Below are positions 1-9,486 of a DNA stretch of 64,000 nucleotides, piece by piece. The translations under genes and the position numbers were made by a program. Within the stretch, counting starts at the first letter, position 1. Every line of letters begins with the position of its first letter. The notes beneath the pieces were generated by a model. That model had not been told where the DNA came from and made no database searches. It saw only the letters and a list, made by a program, of their open reading frames with translations. This DNA comes from Woeseiaceae bacterium (GTDB lineage Bacteria; Pseudomonadota; Gammaproteobacteria; Steroidobacterales; Woeseiaceae), in NCBI GenBank assembly GCA_965224645.1, contig OZ245053.1, positions 3,350,881-3,414,880 on the forward strand, read 5' to 3'.

Positions 1-1698
1 GAACCAGCCATCCCAGAACCAGTCGAGCTCCTGGCCGGAAACATCCTCAAACGTATTAAAGAAATCCACGGGGGTTGGCTGTTTGAACGCCCACCGTCGC
101 GAGTACTCCCTGAGCGCTTCATCAAAAACCGGACGCCCGAGAACGTCCTCTCGAAGCAGAACCAATGCGCCGGCCGCCTTGAAATAGATCGTCGAGAAGA
201 AGTTCGGCATCTGGTCGACGGGCGTCATGAGCGATTTTCGGGGCTCGAGACCAAGCGACATCGGAAATAGCATGGCAGCAGGCTTGCCAAATAGGACGCC
301 GGGGCTGTCATGCCACTCGAGTACGGCAATGTGGTTGAGAAAAGTGTTCAGGCCCTCGTCCATCCACGCGTAGCGACGTTCATTGGTGTTTACGATCATC
401 GGGAAGTAGCTATGCCCGGACTCATGAATTACCAGTTCGACCAGGGCGTCGCGCTCCCGCCGGCCATATTGGTAGAGCCCATTGTCGCGATCGTAATGCG
501 GCCGCGGCCCTGTGAATCCCATCATCGGGTATTCGATACCAGTCGGGAAGCTGTACGAATTGACAGACTGCAGCGTCGGATAAGGGTAGTCGAACGCAAA
601 CCGTCGATACACGTCGAGCGTATGGCGCATCGCAGCGGTTGAGTATCGAGACCAGAGTCCGGCTGACTCGTACGGATAGAACGACATCAGCATGACGTTC
701 TCGATGTTCGCTCCCGGCTGACGGTAGCCGGCAGCATCCCAAACGAATTTCGGGCTGCTGCTCCAGGCGAAGTCGCGAACATTCGCGGCCTCGAAACGCC
801 ATGTTTTGGTGCCATCGGCTGCCACGTGCTCATTTCGTCGCGCTTCGTCCGGCGATACGATGAACATCCGGCCTTCGCTTGATCGCGCGTCCTTTAGCCG
901 GTCCACCTGGTCGGCGGATAACACCTCGCGTGGGTTCACCAACGCGCCTGTGGCGGCGACGACATGATTGCCCGGCACTGTGATGCGAACATCGTAATCG
1001 CCAAACTCACCACTGAACTCGCCTTCACCGAGGAACGGATCGCGAACCCAGCCGTCGCCGGGGCGGAAGATCAGTGCCCGCGGTAACCAGCGACCGACTG
1101 AGAACTGGTAGTTGTCTGTTGCCGGGAAGTACTCATAGCCGGCGCGTTCAGGAATATGCGCAAGATCGCCGAGTTTCAGATACCACCGAATCGCGATCCT
1201 CGCGTCCCGTCCAGGGGGAAGAGGCCGATCGAGCGTGACACCGAGCAAGCCGCGCTCATAACGAAAGGCGAGGTCCGCGCCGCGCGACGTCGTTACAGAA
1301 TCGACCTTGAAGCGGGCATCGGCTTTCTTCTTCGCATGACCCCATGCCACTTCCCAACTGGGTAACGCGACAGCTCCACCAGGGCCGGGCTTGATCATTT
1401 TCGATCGGTTTGCGAGTGACTCGGGCTCAAATCCGGTTTCTGTCGTCGAGAACCAGAGGCGCTCAAGGGTTGCCGGGGAGTTGTTCTTGTAGATGACAAC
1501 GGCAACCGCACTGATCGACTGCTCCTCCTCGAGAAGTTCGACGTCTATGTCGTAGTCGACCTGCTGTTGCCAGTAGCCGGAGGGCGGTTTGCCTTGTGCG
1601 GCGTTCACGTCTTCTGGGGTCGAATCAGCATTCGCCGCCGAGCCCATGGACCCGAGGGCAATCGCCAAGAGTGCAATGATCAATCTAGTCATTGTCAT
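1..1698 (-). CDS. M1-family zinc metallopeptidase (aminopeptidase N-like), secreted; 3' end runs off the window
   Basis: Absent from the ORF track because it has no stop inside the window. My minus-strand translation from the ATG at 1698 (or 1692) reads MTMTRLIIALLAIALGSMGSAANA, a signal peptide. It stays open in one frame to base 1. It contains VIHESGHSYF (HExxH) followed by x18 and WMDEGLNTF, which is the gluzincin HExxH-x18-E signature. Confidence 0.8.
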   Translation of the reverse strand, partial: MTMTRLIIALLAIALGSMGSAANADSTPEDVNAAQGKPPSGYWQQQVDYDIDVELLEEEQSISAVAVVIYKNNSPATLERLWFSTTETGFEPESLANRSKMIKPGPGGAVALPSWEVAWGHAKKKADARFKVDSVTTSRGADLAFRYERGLLGVTLDRPLPPGRDARIAIRWYLKLGDLAHIPERAGYEYFPATDNYQFSVGRWLPRALIFRPGDGWVRDPFLGEGEFSGEFGDYDVRITVPGNHVVAATGALVNPREVLSADQVDRLKDARSSEGRMFIVSPDEARRNEHVAADGTKTWRFEAANVRDFAWSSSPKFVWDAAGYRQPGANIENVMLMSFYPYESAGLWSRYSTAAMRHTLDVYRRFAFDYPYPTLQSVNSYSFPTGIEYPMMGFTGPRPHYDRDNGLYQYGRRERDALVELVIHESGHSYFPMIVNTNERRYAWMDEGLNTFLNHIAVLEWHDSPGVLFGKPAAMLFPMSLGLEPRKSLMTPVDQMPNFFSTIYFKAAGALVLLREDVLGRPVFDEALREYSRRWAFKQPTPVDFFNTFEDVSGQELDWFWDGWF

Positions 1699-2821
1699 CT
1701 TCCTGCATGATGTCGTCCGCCATATTCATGTAGGCGCCAAACAGGGCGCGGTCAACGACGTTGCACAGGGTGATGGCAGCGACATCCGCATCGGGGAAAT
1801 AGTAGGGAATCGTACCGTAGCCCGCCCAACCACCGGGATGCCCGATGAGGCGACTACCATTGCGGTCGAGCAATTGCACACCAAAACCGTAGTTGAGCGG
1901 CATGCCCAGGTACTCTGGCGCCGAGTCCGTATACTCACCGACGGTCAGCAAGAGCTCGACCAGTTCTTTCCCGCCTTCCAGCCTGGTCGGATCCTTGTAA
2001 ACGTTGTACCACTTCGCCAGGTCTTCGAGGGTTGAGTAGACGCCACCGTCACCCATGACGTCGAAATCGCTATGGCGCCATCGCCAGGTCCTACCGTCCT
2101 CTGCCAGGCTGTAGGCGCTTGCCCGATTTGGAACCAGTTCGCCGATGTCATCATGGAAGTGCGTGTTCGACATCTCCATGGGTTCGAAAAAGTTCTCATG
2201 GGCGAACTGACGAAGAGTCTGGCCGCTTACCTTTTCAACAATCTCGCCCAACAGGAGGTATCCGAGGTTGCTGTACTCATACTGACTTCCGGGCGCAAAC
2301 TCCAACTTGCTCATGCCACGCGCCATCTTCAGGGTTAGCTCGCTGCGAAACTTATTACCGTCGCGATTGCCAGAAATCCACTCCAGCGACTCGTAGACGT
2401 CGGGCAAGCCGCTCGAGTGATAGACAAGGTCCCGAACGCGAATCGGCTCGTCGAACACCGGCATGTCGTCAAGATATCGGCGAATGTCGGCGTCGAGATC
2501 AACCTGACCACGTTGAGACAGAAGAGCGATGCTCGCGGCCGTAAATTGCTTGGATGCAGAGCCGATGTCGAAAACCATATTGGTCTTCATGGCGACGCCC
2601 AGTTCGATGTTGGCCATTCCATACGCTCCGGCGGCCAGCAGCCTGCCGTCGCGTGCAATACCGGCGACGCAGCCGGGGTTGCCGGGCTCGAAAGCAGGCT
2701 CGATGTGACGGCTGAGCAGGACCTCCGCAGTTTCGGTATCCATGGCCTGAACACCGGCTACTGTTTGCAGCATAAGGAGGACGAAAAACAGGGTGCTGCG
2801 ACTGGCTCGGTGTGTTGACAT
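1685..2821 (-). CDS. Serine hydrolase of the class C beta-lactamase / S12 D-stereospecific peptidase fold, secreted
   Basis: ORF 1685..2875. An SxxK motif is present in DIGSASKQFTAAS. A signal-like MSTHRASRSTLFFVLLMLQTVAGVQA starts at the internal ATG 2821, which I prefer as the start. The stop overlaps the downstream peptidase start by 14 nt. Confidence 0.85.
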   Translation of the reverse strand: MSTHRASRSTLFFVLLMLQTVAGVQAMDTETAEVLLSRHIEPAFEPGNPGCVAGIARDGRLLAAGAYGMANIELGVAMKTNMVFDIGSASKQFTAASIALLSQRGQVDLDADIRRYLDDMPVFDEPIRVRDLVYHSSGLPDVYESLEWISGNRDGNKFRSELTLKMARGMSKLEFAPGSQYEYSNLGYLLLGEIVEKVSGQTLRQFAHENFFEPMEMSNTHFHDDIGELVPNRASAYSLAEDGRTWRWRHSDFDVMGDGGVYSTLEDLAKWYNVYKDPTRLEGGKELVELLLTVGEYTDSAPEYLGMPLNYGFGVQLLDRNGSRLIGHPGGWAGYGTIPYYFPDADVAAITLCNVVDRALFGAYMNMADDIMQEDDND

Positions 2822-3044
2822 AGTGGGCTCAGACCTCGAAATCGGCGCTTCGGCGGATTGTATGAAATAGGGCAATATACTAGACTATTTTTCGGCCGAC
2901 CATCCAGCGTCAATCCGAGCGTCCGCCATAGAAAATCACGATTTTCTAAGAAAAATAAGCCATTGAGGCGGGCAGCGCTACAGTGGTGCCGAAAGGCGCG
3001 GTCGCGACCTGTGGTTAAATAATTAAGCAAATAGAGGTGTTTCG

Positions 3045-4643
3045 TTGTCGAGCTATCTGGGCGCAGCAAAGGGCATAGTGCAGGCAGTCATTGTCAGCCT
3101 GGTGGCGGTAGTCGCGAGTCTGGGTGGATGCGCGAAACCGCAATACGACATCGTGATCAACGACGCGATCGTAGTCGATGGTAGCGGCGCACCGCGCCGA
3201 ACCGCGGATATCGCTATTGTGGCCGACAAGATCGTTGCGATCGAAGCGGAGATCGACATTGGCGCGGCTCGGCAGGTTATCGATGCTCAAGGATTGGTCG
3301 CTGCTCCAGGGTTTATCGAGCCGCACGCCCATATCACGAACATCGAAGAGCAACCGCTCGCGGCGAACTATCTCCACCAGGGCGTAACGACAATTGCCAA
3401 TACGCTGCACAGTGTCGATCAGCCCTACCCGATGGCGGAGTTTCTGGATCGAATCGAGGTGGCGCCCAACACGGTCTGGACGGCCGGACACACGTGGATA
3501 CGAAAACGCGTTATGGGCCTCGACAATCGCGCGCCAAGCGAAGCTGAGTTTGAGGCAATGCGCGAGCTCGCAGCCGAGGCGATGGACGCCGGTGCGATCG
3601 GATTGGGCACCGGCCTTGAGTATGTTCCGGCCAGCTTTGCGGAGCGAGAGGAAGTCGTCGAGTTGGCGCGATCCATCAGGACCGACAACGCACTGTATGT
3701 GACACACCTGCGAGACGAGGGGGCGCGGTTGATAGCGGCGCTCGAGGAGTCGCTCGACATCGGCAATGCGGCAGACCTGCCGGTCCATATCAGTCATATC
3801 AAGAACACAGGTGTCGATAACTGGCGGCAGACCGATGAAGCTCTGGCCGTGATCGATGCTGCCGCAGCTGCCGGGCAGCAGGTCAGTTTCGATGTCTATC
3901 CTTACACGGCGTTCAGCACCTATTCCGACGTACTGTTTCCAGCACGCGTGCTGGCGGGCGGGGTCGAGGCCTTTCGGGAACGTATCCGGGACCCTGCGAA
4001 TCGGCAGCGCCTGGCAGAAGAAATGCTGACCATCTACACGTCGCAGACGGCCGGTGAACTCAGCAGTGTGCAGTTTCGGGACGTGCCCGGATTCGAGGGC
4101 AAGACCCTCGCGGACTATGTCGAATCAATCGGTAGTGAACCAACCATGGAGGCGGGTATCGAGGCCATCATTGATTTGCAAGCGGCTGGTGGCTTCATCG
4201 CAATCTTTCATGCGATGGCCGAGGAAGACGTGGAGCGATTCATGCTGCATCCTCTGGCGTCGATCTCGGGCGACGGCAGCCTTGTGAAACCCGGGCAGGG
4301 ATTTCCGCATCCCCGAAGCTATGGCGCCTTTCCGAGAGTTCTGGGTCGCTACGTGCGGGAGCGTGGCTTGATGTCGCTTGAGCAAGCAGTGAGGAAGATG
4401 ACTTCGGTTACGGCAGACCATCTGAGAATCGAGGGGCGTGGCTTGCTGGCCAATGGTGCCTTTGCCGATATTGTTCTCTTCGATGCCGACGCCGTTGGGG
4501 ACTGTGCAACGTTCACGGCGCCACACTGCTACTCAACGGGAGTTGAGCATCTGTTGGTCAATGGTGTGCCGGTCCTGAGCAATGGTGAAGTGACGTTGGC
4601 GAAACCGGGTCGGCCGTTGCGACGGCAGGGGATGCAGGAATAG
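3045..4643 (+). CDS. N-acyl-D-amino-acid deacylase (D-aminoacylase) family amidohydrolase, lipoprotein-like N-terminus
   Basis: 532 aa. The N-terminal VASLGGC resembles a lipobox. The metal-binding start GFIEPHAHI, the YVTHLRDEG and HISHIK motifs, and the length are typical of the D-aminoacylase branch of amidohydrolases. Confidence 0.8.
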   Translation: MSSYLGAAKGIVQAVIVSLVAVVASLGGCAKPQYDIVINDAIVVDGSGAPRRTADIAIVADKIVAIEAEIDIGAARQVIDAQGLVAAPGFIEPHAHITNIEEQPLAANYLHQGVTTIANTLHSVDQPYPMAEFLDRIEVAPNTVWTAGHTWIRKRVMGLDNRAPSEAEFEAMRELAAEAMDAGAIGLGTGLEYVPASFAEREEVVELARSIRTDNALYVTHLRDEGARLIAALEESLDIGNAADLPVHISHIKNTGVDNWRQTDEALAVIDAAAAAGQQVSFDVYPYTAFSTYSDVLFPARVLAGGVEAFRERIRDPANRQRLAEEMLTIYTSQTAGELSSVQFRDVPGFEGKTLADYVESIGSEPTMEAGIEAIIDLQAAGGFIAIFHAMAEEDVERFMLHPLASISGDGSLVKPGQGFPHPRSYGAFPRVLGRYVRERGLMSLEQAVRKMTSVTADHLRIEGRGLLANGAFADIVLFDADAVGDCATFTAPHCYSTGVEHLLVNGVPVLSNGEVTLAKPGRPLRRQGMQE

Positions 4644-4677
4644 TGGCGAGCAGGACCGACCTGAGGTGCCTCGAACA

Positions 4678-5922
4678 ATGAGCCGATACTCGTTCGCGTC
4701 ACTTCTGAGAAATGCGATAAGTGGCCACAAGAAATGGCCACAGGCATGGCGATCGCCAGCCCCCAGGCCGAGCTATGACGTTGTGATTGTTGGTGCCGGA
4801 GGACATGGCTTAGCAACGGCATATCACCTGGCAAAAAAGCATGGCATCAGCAATGTCGCCGTCCTCGAGAAGGGTTGGCTCGGCGGAGGGAATTCAGGGC
4901 GAAACACGCAGGTGACTCGCTCCAACTATTTCTGGCCGCAGAGTGCTGCATTCTTTGATCATTCGCTGAAACTCTATGAGCAGCTCAGCCTGGAACTGAA
5001 CATGAATGTCATGCTCAGTCAGCGCGGTGTCCTGATACTGGCCCACAGCCACCATGAAATGGAAGGCATGAAACGCTGGTCGAACGCTATGCAAATCAAT
5101 GGCGTCGACTCTGAGATTCTCACGGCGTCGGACGTCGCGGCCCTCGAGCCAATGCTGAACATGGAATGCCGTTTTCCAGTACACGGTGCGATGCTGCAGC
5201 GTCGCGGCGGAATCTCACGCCACGATGCGGTGGCATGGGGTTATGCACGTGCTGCGGACTCACTTGGCGTCGATATCGTCCAGCAATGTGAGGTGACGGG
5301 CTTCGACATAGAGTCCGGCACGATTCGCGGCGTGGAGACGACGCGAGGAAATATCAAGGCTGATCGTGTGTGCTTGTGCGTGGCCGGGCATACCAGCGAA
5401 CTGGCATCGCTGGCGGGGTTCCCGGTGCCGATAACGAGCATGGCGCTGCAGGCAATGGTGACTGAGCCCGTGAAGCCCTGCCTCAATACGACAATGGTAT
5501 CCGGTGCGATTCACGCCTACATCAGCCAGTCTGATCGAGGCGAGATGGTTATCGGCGGCGGTGCCGACGTCTATACGAGCTATGCGCAGCGAGGCGGCAT
5601 ACCGGTGATGGAAGAGACCATTGCCGCGATTGTCGAAATGCTGCCTGCATTGAGTCGCCTACGGCTGATGCGGCAATGGGCGGGCATTGTTGACATCACT
5701 CCCGACACGACGCCCGTCATGGGGCTTACACCCGTGCGAAACCTCTACATAAGCGGTGGCTGGGGTACAGGTGGATATAAGGCGATTCCGGCCGGCGGCG
5801 ATACCATGGCGTACACAATTGCCAACGACAAGCCGCATCCTCTTATCCAGGACTTTGGCCTGGAGCGCTTCACCAGAGGCAAGCTCATTGACGAAGGTGC
5901 CGCCTCGGGGGTGGCCCACTGA
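4678..5922 (+). CDS. soxB: Heterotetrameric sarcosine oxidase beta subunit
   Basis: MSRYSFASLLRNAISGHKKWPQAWRSPAPRPSYDVVIVGAGGHGLATAYHLAK matches the classic SoxB N-terminus with a GxGxxG FAD fold. ATG 4678 is preferred over the track start 4666. The gene order B-D-A-G follows. Confidence 0.9.
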   Translation: MSRYSFASLLRNAISGHKKWPQAWRSPAPRPSYDVVIVGAGGHGLATAYHLAKKHGISNVAVLEKGWLGGGNSGRNTQVTRSNYFWPQSAAFFDHSLKLYEQLSLELNMNVMLSQRGVLILAHSHHEMEGMKRWSNAMQINGVDSEILTASDVAALEPMLNMECRFPVHGAMLQRRGGISRHDAVAWGYARAADSLGVDIVQQCEVTGFDIESGTIRGVETTRGNIKADRVCLCVAGHTSELASLAGFPVPITSMALQAMVTEPVKPCLNTTMVSGAIHAYISQSDRGEMVIGGGADVYTSYAQRGGIPVMEETIAAIVEMLPALSRLRLMRQWAGIVDITPDTTPVMGLTPVRNLYISGGWGTGGYKAIPAGGDTMAYTIANDKPHPLIQDFGLERFTRGKLIDEGAASGVAH

Positions 5923-6179
5923 TGCTGCAGATCAAGTGTCCTTACTGCGGTGTCCGCGACGAGAACGAATTCCGCAACGGCGGCGAGGGCGGCATTGAAC
6001 GACCTGCGACAACTGTCGGGGACGAGCGCTGGGCGCACTACCTGTTTTTCCGCAAGAACCGGAAGGGCGTGCACTCGGAGATATGGTGCCACGTACACGG
6101 ATGCAACAAATGGTTCGGCGTCGAGCGCGACACGGTTACCCATGAGATCGTCCGAACCCGCCGATTCGGTGCCCAATGA
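5922..6179 (+). CDS. soxD: Sarcosine oxidase delta subunit
   Basis: 85 aa starting MLQIKCPYCGVRDENEF, with later HVHGC (zinc-ribbon Cys/His). The start overlaps the soxB stop (ATGA type) and the position between soxB and soxA is as expected. Confidence 0.85.
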   Translation: MLQIKCPYCGVRDENEFRNGGEGGIERPATTVGDERWAHYLFFRKNRKGVHSEIWCHVHGCNKWFGVERDTVTHEIVRTRRFGAQ

Positions 6180-8971
6180 GCGCGCGGTTGGAGGGCCGGA
6201 TTCCGGAGACCTGCTCAGTCGACTTCGATCGACCGCTGACCTTCACATTTAATGGCAATCAATATCGTGGCTACGAAGGCGACACGCTGGCATCGGCACT
6301 GTTGGCCAACGGCGTCGATGTGGTTGGACGCAGCTTCAAGTTTCACCGGCCACGCGGGGTAATGTCGGCCGGGGTCGAGGAAAGTAATGCGCTGTTGGGA
6401 GTCGATGTCGGTTTCGGAGTGCTCCCCCTGGAGCGGGCGACCGCAATCCCGCTGCGCGATGGCATGCAGGCGCAAAGTATCAACTGTTTTCCGTCAGTCA
6501 ACTTTGATGTTGGGCGCGTAGTCGATTTCTGCCGATCACTGTTTCCTGCCGGCTTCTACAACAAGACGTTCATGTGGCCGAATTGGCACACGTACGAATG
6601 GGCGATCAGGCGTGCAGCGGGACTTGGGAAGGTCCCTCGGGATACTGACAAGATTAGGTATCGGCATGCAAATGCCCATTGCGATGTGCTCGTCGTTGGT
6701 GGCGGCCCGGCCGGGCTTCAGAGGGCGCTCGACGAGGCGCGCGCCGGGAGGCGAGTGATCGTTGCGGAACAGGATTTCGCATTTGGCGACCGGTCTCTTG
6801 TCGACGACCTCAAAGAACGAGAAAACGTCACTGTATTGTCGATGTCTGTCGTGAGCGGCTTCTATGACCACGGCGTACTTACGATTCATGATCGATCAAG
6901 GTTGTATCGCTCTAGCGACCCCGTTGAAACGTTCTGGAAAGTACGTGCAGGAGCCGTCGTGCTCGCAACAGGGGCGATCGAGCAGCCCATGATATTCGGC
7001 AACAACGATTTGCCCGGCATCATGCTGGCGTCTGCGGTGCAACAGTACGCAGGTCGATTCGGCGTCGCTTGCGGGCAAAAGATTGTCGGTGTCGTCAATA
7101 ACAACTTGGCGTGGAACTCGGTATTTGCGAGCCACAGGCTGGGGGCCTCGGTCACCGCCATCGTCGATGTCCGCGACGAGGTCGAGGACGAACTCCGAGA
7201 CATGGCAGAGAACCTCGGCATTGCCGTCCATGCCGGCTATGACGCGGTTGCCGCCAATGGAAACAAAAAAGTCCGATCTCTGGACATCCGGTCTGCGGGA
7301 GGTGAATCCAGGACCCTGGAGTGTGACTGCATCGCGATGGGCGGGGGATGGAATCCGACGCTACACCTGTATTCACAGGCCGGCGGGCGTCTCCGTTATG
7401 ATGAGAGTCGAGCCTGTTTCGCGGCTGAAGAGTGTCGGCAGAATGTAACTGCTGTCGGAGCGGCGAGCGGGGAATTCGGTGGGGATCGTAGTTACAGCAT
7501 TGCACGTCGCGAGCCATCTTCTGCACCGACTCGTTCGCAATGGGTCGATTTTCAGCACGACGCTACGGTGGCGGATGTTGAACTCGCGGTCCGTGAAAAC
7601 TTCGTATCTGTCGAGCATCTCAAGCGCTATACCACGATCGGCATGTCGGTCGATCAGGGTAAGACGAGCAACCTGAACGCTTTGTCGTTGTTGGGCGCGC
7701 TTACCGACCGGCAGCCTGGCGAGGTTGGCACCACGACCTATCGACCGCCTTATATGCCGGTGATACTTGGCGCGATCGCCGGTCAGCGCTCAGGCCAGTT
7801 CTACCAACCGACTCGATTGCTTCCGGCACATGATTGGCACCTGGAGCAAGGCGCAACTATGCAAGACTTCGGCGATTGGCAGCGCCCTGCTTTTTATGGC
7901 GCCGAGATGCAGACATCGATCGAATCAGAGGTCGATGCGGTGCGCCATCGTGTCGGCCTGTTCGACGGGTCGCCGCTGGGCAAGATTGAAGTCAAAGGCC
8001 CTGATGCTGCGGAATTCCTGAACAGGATCTATGTCAACAATATCCTGACGCTGAAGGTCGGTAAGGTCCGTTACGGCCTGATGCTGAACGATTCCGGCAC
8101 GATTATCGATGATGGCGTCGTTGTTCGCATGGCGGAAGGTCATTTCCTTGTCCAGACGACCAGCGCCGGTGCCGAGCGCATCGGGCAGTGGCTAGAGTCA
8201 TGGCACCAGCTTGAGTGGCCGCACCTGGATATCGTCATGCTTCCCGTAACGACGCAGTGGGGCGTCGCAACGCTCGCCGGGCCGCGCGCGCGTGATGTGC
8301 TGAGCCGGTTGGATCTGCGGTTGAAACGACCGATAGCCGAACTTGATCACATGGAATTCGAGACTGGAACACTTGGCGATGGCGTAGCGGTACGCATACA
8401 GCGCGTCAGCTATACGGGCGAGCTTAGCTTTGAGCTGAGTGTTCCCGCGTCCGCAAGTCGCGAGTTGTTTGAGAAGATCTGGAGCGCGGGCGAGGAATTC
8501 GGCATCGCCATGTTTGGTATTGAATCGCTAATGGTCCTGCGCACGGAGAAGGGCTACCTGCATGTGGGCGTGGACACCGACGGAACCACTAATGCCCGGG
8601 ACGTCGGATTCGGCGCCATCGTAGACAAGCAGACGGCCGACTTCATCGGCGCGAGGAGTATGCGCCGTCCGTCCGACCTGGCGCAGGATCGCCGCCAACT
8701 GGTCGGTCTTGAGCTGCAGAATCTTGTTGGAAGCAAGCTGATCGGAGGGCACTTCGTCGAGCGGTCGACTGCGGCTATGCGCAGTGAGGGCTTCGTCACG
8801 TCAGCCTGCTTCAGTGGCGCGCTTGAGAAGACGGTAGCGCTGGGCTTATTGGAACGTGGGTTCGAACGCTACGGGGAGGCCGTGGAAATATACGAGGATG
8901 GAGACTTCTACAAGGCAACGGTCGTGAAGCCCTGTTTCTTCGATCCCGACGGGAGCAGGCTGCGTGACTAG
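6176..8971 (+). CDS. soxA: Sarcosine oxidase alpha subunit
   Basis: 931 aa. It has the N-terminal 2Fe-2S-like fold region, a nucleotide-binding VLVVGGGPAGL, and a C-terminal aminomethyltransferase (GcvT-like) folate-binding domain (VGLFDGSPLGKIEVKGPDAAEFLNRIY). Confidence 0.9.
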   Translation: MSARLEGRIPETCSVDFDRPLTFTFNGNQYRGYEGDTLASALLANGVDVVGRSFKFHRPRGVMSAGVEESNALLGVDVGFGVLPLERATAIPLRDGMQAQSINCFPSVNFDVGRVVDFCRSLFPAGFYNKTFMWPNWHTYEWAIRRAAGLGKVPRDTDKIRYRHANAHCDVLVVGGGPAGLQRALDEARAGRRVIVAEQDFAFGDRSLVDDLKERENVTVLSMSVVSGFYDHGVLTIHDRSRLYRSSDPVETFWKVRAGAVVLATGAIEQPMIFGNNDLPGIMLASAVQQYAGRFGVACGQKIVGVVNNNLAWNSVFASHRLGASVTAIVDVRDEVEDELRDMAENLGIAVHAGYDAVAANGNKKVRSLDIRSAGGESRTLECDCIAMGGGWNPTLHLYSQAGGRLRYDESRACFAAEECRQNVTAVGAASGEFGGDRSYSIARREPSSAPTRSQWVDFQHDATVADVELAVRENFVSVEHLKRYTTIGMSVDQGKTSNLNALSLLGALTDRQPGEVGTTTYRPPYMPVILGAIAGQRSGQFYQPTRLLPAHDWHLEQGATMQDFGDWQRPAFYGAEMQTSIESEVDAVRHRVGLFDGSPLGKIEVKGPDAAEFLNRIYVNNILTLKVGKVRYGLMLNDSGTIIDDGVVVRMAEGHFLVQTTSAGAERIGQWLESWHQLEWPHLDIVMLPVTTQWGVATLAGPRARDVLSRLDLRLKRPIAELDHMEFETGTLGDGVAVRIQRVSYTGELSFELSVPASASRELFEKIWSAGEEFGIAMFGIESLMVLRTEKGYLHVGVDTDGTTNARDVGFGAIVDKQTADFIGARSMRRPSDLAQDRRQLVGLELQNLVGSKLIGGHFVERSTAAMRSEGFVTSACFSGALEKTVALGLLERGFERYGEAVEIYEDGDFYKATVVKPCFFDPDGSRLRD

Positions 8972-9476
8972 TCCTGCCCCCAGAATCGCTATCTCGCCAG
9001 TTCCTGATGAGCGCCGCATCATCCTGTTGAAGTCCCGCAATGCAATTGATGCGACACCCCCGGAGATCACAGAGGCGAATGCCATGTCCTTCCAGATCGC
9101 GCCGGACACGATCTACCTGAGCAGCGCCGAGCTTTCGTCCGATGAGTTGCTGTCTGTTGCAGCAACGGTGGCGCGCGACAACCTGCACCTTGCCGTCGAC
9201 TACTCCGCAGCGCTGACGGTTATTGCTGTTGCAGGTGAACGCTGTCGGGAAGTGTTGTCATCGGGGGCGACGGTCGACCTGAGTGCCGACCAGTTTGGCG
9301 TTGGGATGAGCTGCCGGACACGGTTTGCTGCTATTTCGACGTTACTCGCATGTGTGGGCGAGATGTCCTTCGAACTCTACTGCGACCGTAGTCATACCGG
9401 ATACCTTTTGGCGTGGTTACACGAGGCTGCAGAAACCGATCGGCTGACGGTTGAATCGGCGGGAGCGAACACGTGA
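8964..9476 (+). CDS. soxG: Sarcosine oxidase gamma subunit
   Basis: 170 aa ORF overlapping the soxA stop by 8 nt, in the canonical fourth position. The call rests mainly on size and synteny because sequence conservation of this subunit is weak. Confidence 0.65.
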   Translation: MTSPAPRIAISPVPDERRIILLKSRNAIDATPPEITEANAMSFQIAPDTIYLSSAELSSDELLSVAATVARDNLHLAVDYSAALTVIAVAGERCREVLSSGATVDLSADQFGVGMSCRTRFAAISTLLACVGEMSFELYCDRSHTGYLLAWLHEAAETDRLTVESAGANT

Positions 9477-9486
9477 TCGCGAGAAT

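Noticed and set aside
3015-3797. Long antisense or overlapping track ORFs. Examples are 3015..3797(-), 19090..19878(-), 36077..36817(-), 41895..42449(-), 47715..48215(-), 51562..52068(-), 58555..59085(-) and 46076..46783(+)
   Set aside because: Each lies opposite, or out of frame with, an ORF that has clear family motifs. Their translations are Arg/Pro/Ser/Ala-rich with no motifs, as expected for shadow ORFs in GC-rich DNA.
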